A DNA stretch of 38,049 nt from the sequence record NC_028268.1; one strand, written 5' to 3'. The position numbers and the translations under genes are program-made. Below the pieces are notes generated by a model. It worked only from the letters and a program-made list of their open reading frames with translations, was not told the origin of the DNA and did not search any database. Numbering within the stretch: position 1 is the stretch's first letter; every line of letters starts with the position of its first letter. Below, piece after piece: positions 34,707 through 38,049 of the stretch.

Positions 34707-35134
34707 TGGGGCTGGGGGAGGTTGCCGCCGAGGTGGAGAGGCTCCTGGGTAGGGTTGAGGAGGTTAGGCTTGAGGTGCTGAGGCTGCTGAACGCCCTGCC
34801 CTACTCGAACTGCACCCTCGACTACAGGTGGGTTAGGAACTCCAGCGGCGCGAAGTACTGGTACTGGTACGCCGTCTGCATCGTGGATGGGAGGCGGAGG
34901 CACGTCTACCTCGGCAAGGCCCCGGGGGAGCGTGTCAGCGAGATTGAGAAGGCGGGGAGGGCTAGGCGCCTGATAGTACTGCACCGGCGCCTCCTCAAGG
35001 CCCGGAGGAGGCTGAAGGCCGCCGCGGACCGGGCGGAGAGGGTTCTCGACGCAGCCCTGCGGGATGCGAGGGAGGCGCTCGAGGAGGCCGAGCAGGCCCT
35101 GGCCAGGCTGAAGGAGGAGACCGCGAGGGTGTGA
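34706..35134 (+). CDS. Coiled-coil protein with a YWYW…HVYLGK beta-domain (common in archaeal mobile elements)
   Basis: 142 aa; aromatic/basic beta motif flanked by heptad-like helices. Confidence 0.7.
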   Translation: MGLGEVAAEVERLLGRVEEVRLEVLRLLNALPYSNCTLDYRWVRNSSGAKYWYWYAVCIVDGRRRHVYLGKAPGERVSEIEKAGRARRLIVLHRRLLKARRRLKAAADRAERVLDAALRDAREALEEAEQALARLKEETARV

Positions 35135-35141
35135 CCCTGGG

Positions 35142-35381
35142 GTGGCTGTAATGGAGATAGAGGTGGTGGTCACCACAGGCCGGGGACGCGGTATGAAGAT
35201 ATACTCGTTCAAAGCCCCGCCCAGCATGATCGCCGAGTTCGACAGGCTAGCGAGGCAGGCGGGGCTGACGCGGAGCGAGGCCATCAAGCTGTTGATAAAG
35301 CACGCTGTAGCCAACCCGGAGCTCCTCCGCCGCCTAGCAGGCCGCAACGTGCCGCGCAATACAGAGCTCACGCCATTCTAG
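35142..35381 (+). CDS. Ribbon-helix-helix (CopG) DNA-binding protein
   Basis: KIYSFKAPPSMIAEFDRLARQAGLTRSEAIKLLI. Confidence 0.8.
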   Translation: MAVMEIEVVVTTGRGRGMKIYSFKAPPSMIAEFDRLARQAGLTRSEAIKLLIKHAVANPELLRRLAGRNVPRNTELTPF

Positions 35382-35393
35382 GGGTGACATTGG

Positions 35394-35675
35394 ATGGCTG
35401 TGCTGACGAGACGCGAGTTCCTCCTAGGGGTGCTCTGGCTAGGACCCCGCACGGCGGGCGAGGTGGTGGAGCTCGCCAAGGTGTACAGCGGCAGAGGCCC
35501 AGCACTATTCTCCCCGGAGGATGTTGAGAAGGCCGTGGAGCACTTCCTCGTAGCAGGCCTTGCGAGGCTGGACAGTGGGGGTAGGCTTGTCCTAGAGAGG
35601 GAGAGCCTCCACCCGGGCCTTCGGGAGGCGGCGGAGCATGCGGCGAGGGAGGTGGAGAGGCTGTGGAGGAGGTAA
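35394..35675 (+). CDS. Small wHTH-like protein
   Basis: 93 aa; GPRTAGEVV…VEKAVEHFLVAGLARLDSGGRL. Confidence 0.6.
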   Translation: MAVLTRREFLLGVLWLGPRTAGEVVELAKVYSGRGPALFSPEDVEKAVEHFLVAGLARLDSGGRLVLERESLHPGLREAAEHAAREVERLWRR

Positions 35676-35893
35676 CCATACTCTACGGCCGCCGGGGCAG
35701 GAGGAGGGCTGAAGCCCTCGCCTGGTTCTTCGAGAGGCTCGGACTCAGGGTCGTCCTAAGGGAGGATGGCGGGGAGGGAGTTAGTGTTAAGTATGCGGGG
35801 GTCTGGTGGGAGGATCCCGACGAGGCCATCCGCCACATAGTGTCGCGGCGCTACACAAGGCGGGAGGCCCCCACGCTGTTCGACGCGCCCTAG
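35663..35893 (+). CDS. Hypothetical protein (76 aa)
   Basis: ORF track; overlaps the previous gene. Confidence 0.6.
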   Translation: MEEVTILYGRRGRRRAEALAWFFERLGLRVVLREDGGEGVSVKYAGVWWEDPDEAIRHIVSRRYTRREAPTLFDAP

Positions 35894-35906
35894 GGGGTGG
35901 TCTGGC

Positions 35907-36233
35907 TTGGCGGGCGTGGACTACAGGCTCCAGCCGTACCTGCCAATCCTCAACGCCTTAACTCCAGCCCAGGCCAAGGCCTGGGATTATTTGGTGGAAT
36001 ATGTGAGGGCAACGGGCCGCATATGCTTCAGCTACAATACTCTGGCCCGCTACTGGCCTGCAGCGCAGACTAAGATCAATATTCAAACCCTCGACCGCCG
36101 CCTCAGAGAGTTCGCCCAGCTACGCCTCCTAGAGAGGAGGGAGATAAAGAAGGATGGCAGGCGGAGGGCGAGAACCATCTTCTGCCTGCCCGAGGACCTC
36201 GCAAGCTTTTACCTAGACGCCGGGAGGGGGTGA
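35907..36233 (+). CDS. wHTH-like protein (108 aa)
   Basis: LTPAQAKAWDYL…FSYNTLA…IQTLDRRLREFAQLRLLER. Confidence 0.6.
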   Translation: MAGVDYRLQPYLPILNALTPAQAKAWDYLVEYVRATGRICFSYNTLARYWPAAQTKINIQTLDRRLREFAQLRLLERREIKKDGRRRARTIFCLPEDLASFYLDAGRG

Positions 36234-36484
36234 GAATGGTGCTCAGCGTGAGCTTCACAGGCAGGATAAGCAAGCGTAGGGGGCAGGTGTTGGTGCTCCT
36301 CCCCCGCGACTACTGGCAGCTCTTCCAGGGGCTCAGGGGTAAGAAGGTGAGGGTTAGGGTCGGGGAGGTGGAGTACACTGGCAGGATCACGGTTATCGAG
36401 GAGAGAGTGTACGTCTCGCTTCCTTTTTCGGCTCTGGCCCTGAGGGAGCGTAGCAGGTACCACCTTATCCGCCTGGAGGTGTAG
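36230..36484 (+). CDS. AbrB/SpoVT-like swapped-hairpin DNA-binding protein
   Basis: Repeated beta pattern FTGRISKRRGQVLVLLPRD / YTGRITVIEERVYVSLP. Confidence 0.55.
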   Translation: MRMVLSVSFTGRISKRRGQVLVLLPRDYWQLFQGLRGKKVRVRVGEVEYTGRITVIEERVYVSLPFSALALRERSRYHLIRLEV

Positions 36485-36487
36485 GTT

Positions 36488-38049
36488 ATGAGAGTGGTTG
36501 AGAGGCTTGGAGCTCCACACAGCTATACGCCTGCTAAACACGCCTACACCGGGCCCCGCCCTTACACGGCGGAGGTCCGGGGTTCAAATCCCCGCGGGCC
36601 CACCAGCGCATCATACAGGAGCCCCCTCCTACAATCACATAAACAACCAGCTACCCACTCGGTTTCTCAACCGGACATTCAATCTGCTATACGGTTGTTA
36701 TACGCCTCTGGCTCCATGGAAGCGTATAGCAAGAATAGTACCGCCGCTCCAAGCAGTAGTCACGCCGAGGGGGAGAGCACGGCCGATGTCCTGGGCTATG
36801 AGGGGGTAGAGGTGCTCCCCGAGCCTAAGGACGTGCCGCAAGAGGCTAGACGCCAGCTTCTCAACCTGTTGGCCGAGAGGGGGAAAGTAAAGCCCTCGAC
36901 TCTCGGTGTGAGCCGCGCATACTTCTACCAGATGCGGAGGGGGCTACGCCCCATATCCGACTCTATCCTGGAGAGGCTTCTGGAGCTAGCTACTGACGAC
37001 GACCTGGCCGGAATCCCCTTCTTCGCTCCCTACGTAGACTATCAGCGGGTGAAGGGTTACGATGTGGATAGGCTCGTTAGGCTGGTAGCCGAGTGGGCGA
37101 GGGCTAACCCTGCTAGCGCTAAGGTGTTCTTGGATAGCCTTTCAGCGGAGCTGGAGCGCCTGGGGCTCGTTGGGAAGGCTATCAAGGTGTCAGAACGGCA
37201 TGTTAGGGAGTTTGAGGGCTACCTCGAGGCGAGGGTTAGGAGCGGGGACATGGATCCCGGGACGGCGGGAGATAGGCTTAGGTACCTCAGGATGGCCCTC
37301 GAGGAGCTGGGCTACGTCCTGACCAAGCAGGCTTTAAGGGGTTTAATAAGGAGGTATCAGGCCTCCCAGCCCGGCGTCGCAGATCACATATACAAGTCAC
37401 TCAAGCTCTTCGTAAAGGAGGTGGTCCAGGACAGGGAACTCCTGGAGGCCATACCCTACCCGAGGGTTAGGTGGGGCAGCCCGGAGGCGCCTCAATGGAG
37501 TGATATATGCAGGGTCGTAGAAGCTCTCCCACACGCTGGTGCCCCTAGGGCCCTACTCCTGCTATTGGCATCCACAGGGCTGAGGGTCGAAACAGCCTAC
37601 TCTCTACCGCTAGACTCGCTAAAACTCTCTGAGAGGCTGGTCTGGGTCTGGAGCCTTAAGAGGAGTAAGAGGACCTACTTCTCCTTCATAACCGAGAGGG
37701 TTAAAGGCGAGCTGGAGGTGTATCTGGAAGCCAGGAGGAGGCACCTAGAGATCCTGGGTAGGGGCTCGGGCAAACTGTTCCCCTACAAGCCCCGGAGGCT
37801 CAGGGAGGCTATCTACGAGGCTATGGATAGGGAGCTGGGCCGGAGGTTCCAGCTGAAGCTCATTAGAAAGCGGGTGGCGGAGCACCTGAGCCACCACCTC
37901 TCAACCCTGGAGCTGAACGTGATAATGGGCCACGCCCCGAGGGAGGTCGTGGAGAAGCACTACCTCCTCAGAGACCAGATCGAGGACCTCCGCAGAAAAT
38001 ACGACAAGGCTATGGCTAAGGTGCCGTGTCTAGGCGGAGGTGAGGCGGG
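36488..38049 (+). CDS. int: SSV-type tyrosine integrase (521 aa; continues across the circular junction to TGA at 2-4); attP lies inside the gene
   Basis: Hand translation from ATG 36488 is open to the end. Catalytic set: STGLR (R), SLKRSK (K), KLIR (K/H-x-x-R), MGH (H), KHY (Y). Absent from the ORF track because its stop lies past the window end. Confidence 0.92.
   Translation, partial: MRVVERLGAPHSYTPAKHAYTGPRPYTAEVRGSNPRGPTSASYRSPLLQSHKQPATHSVSQPDIQSAIRLLYASGSMEAYSKNSTAAPSSSHAEGESTADVLGYEGVEVLPEPKDVPQEARRQLLNLLAERGKVKPSTLGVSRAYFYQMRRGLRPISDSILERLLELATDDDLAGIPFFAPYVDYQRVKGYDVDRLVRLVAEWARANPASAKVFLDSLSAELERLGLVGKAIKVSERHVREFEGYLEARVRSGDMDPGTAGDRLRYLRMALEELGYVLTKQALRGLIRRYQASQPGVADHIYKSLKLFVKEVVQDRELLEAIPYPRVRWGSPEAPQWSDICRVVEALPHAGAPRALLLLLASTGLRVETAYSLPLDSLKLSERLVWVWSLKRSKRTYFSFITERVKGELEVYLEARRRHLEILGRGSGKLFPYKPRRLREAIYEAMDRELGRRFQLKLIRKRVAEHLSHHLSTLELNVIMGHAPREVVEKHYLLRDQIEDLRRKYDKAMAKVPCLGGGEA
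36556..36605 (+). other. attP core = 3' half of tRNA-Val(TAC)
   Basis: Anticodon arm CCGCC-CTTACAC-GGCGG, variable AGGTC, T-arm CGGGG-TTCAAAT-CCCCG, acceptor strand CGGGCCC-A-CCA. Confidence 0.92.

Larger units (their letters stand above)
1..38049. mobile_element. Complete circular genome of a temperate spindle-shaped archaeal virus/provirus (probably Aeropyrum pernix spindle-shaped virus 1, APSV1)
   Basis: The integrase reading frame continues across the end/start junction (…GGT GAG GCG GG|A TGA). attP is a tRNA-Val 3' half inside int. Paired hydrophobic capsid genes and a B251-like ATPase are present. The virus name rests on recall of the 38,049-bp genome size, not on a search. Confidence 0.9.

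Noticed and set aside
36556-36605. Functional tRNA-Val gene
   Set aside because: The D-arm and proper 5' half are missing; this is the attP core.
36498-36809. Track ORF of 103 aa over attP
   Set aside because: Shadow frame; the true integrase frame starts at 36488 and carries the catalytic motifs.

Overview
The window is the complete circular genome of a temperate archaeal spindle-shaped virus. The last ORF, an SSV-type tyrosine integrase starting at 36488, runs off the end and stops at TGA 2-4, overlapping the ATG of ORF 1. It contains an attP equal to the 3' half of a tRNA-Val(TAC). From recall (not checked), the 38,049-bp size, tRNA-Val attP and gene content fit Aeropyrum pernix spindle-shaped virus 1 (APSV1). 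Modules in order: (i) early/regulatory genes plus AT-rich accessory genes, 1-5.9 kb; (ii) a fusellovirus-like membrane protein / small protein / P-loop ATPase block, 5.8-8.5 kb; (iii) a virion block with two paralogous hydrophobic capsid genes and large secreted glycan-binding or glycosidase-like proteins, 10-22 kb; (iv) basic proteins, a zincin protease and a cargo pair, 22-26.3 kb; (v) a defence island with RHH, m5C methyltransferase, restriction endonuclease, Mig T/G glycosylase and a nuclease/unknown/NTPase operon, 26.7-33.7 kb; (vi) a divergent wHTH switch, small DNA-binding proteins and the integrase, 33.8-38 kb. The most striking unexplained signal is a dispersed bipartite palindrome, (GT)GTTAGAGAA-N24-26-TTCTCTAAC(AC). 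It occurs 14 times plus one degenerate copy between 317 and 26326, with unrelated spacers. Some copies abut TATA boxes of accessory genes and others lie inside coding sequences. None was seen after 26.33 kb. Other notable points are an amber-interrupted chymotrypsin-like protease and an unclassified three-gene candidate defence operon. All assignments were made by eye, without database searches.
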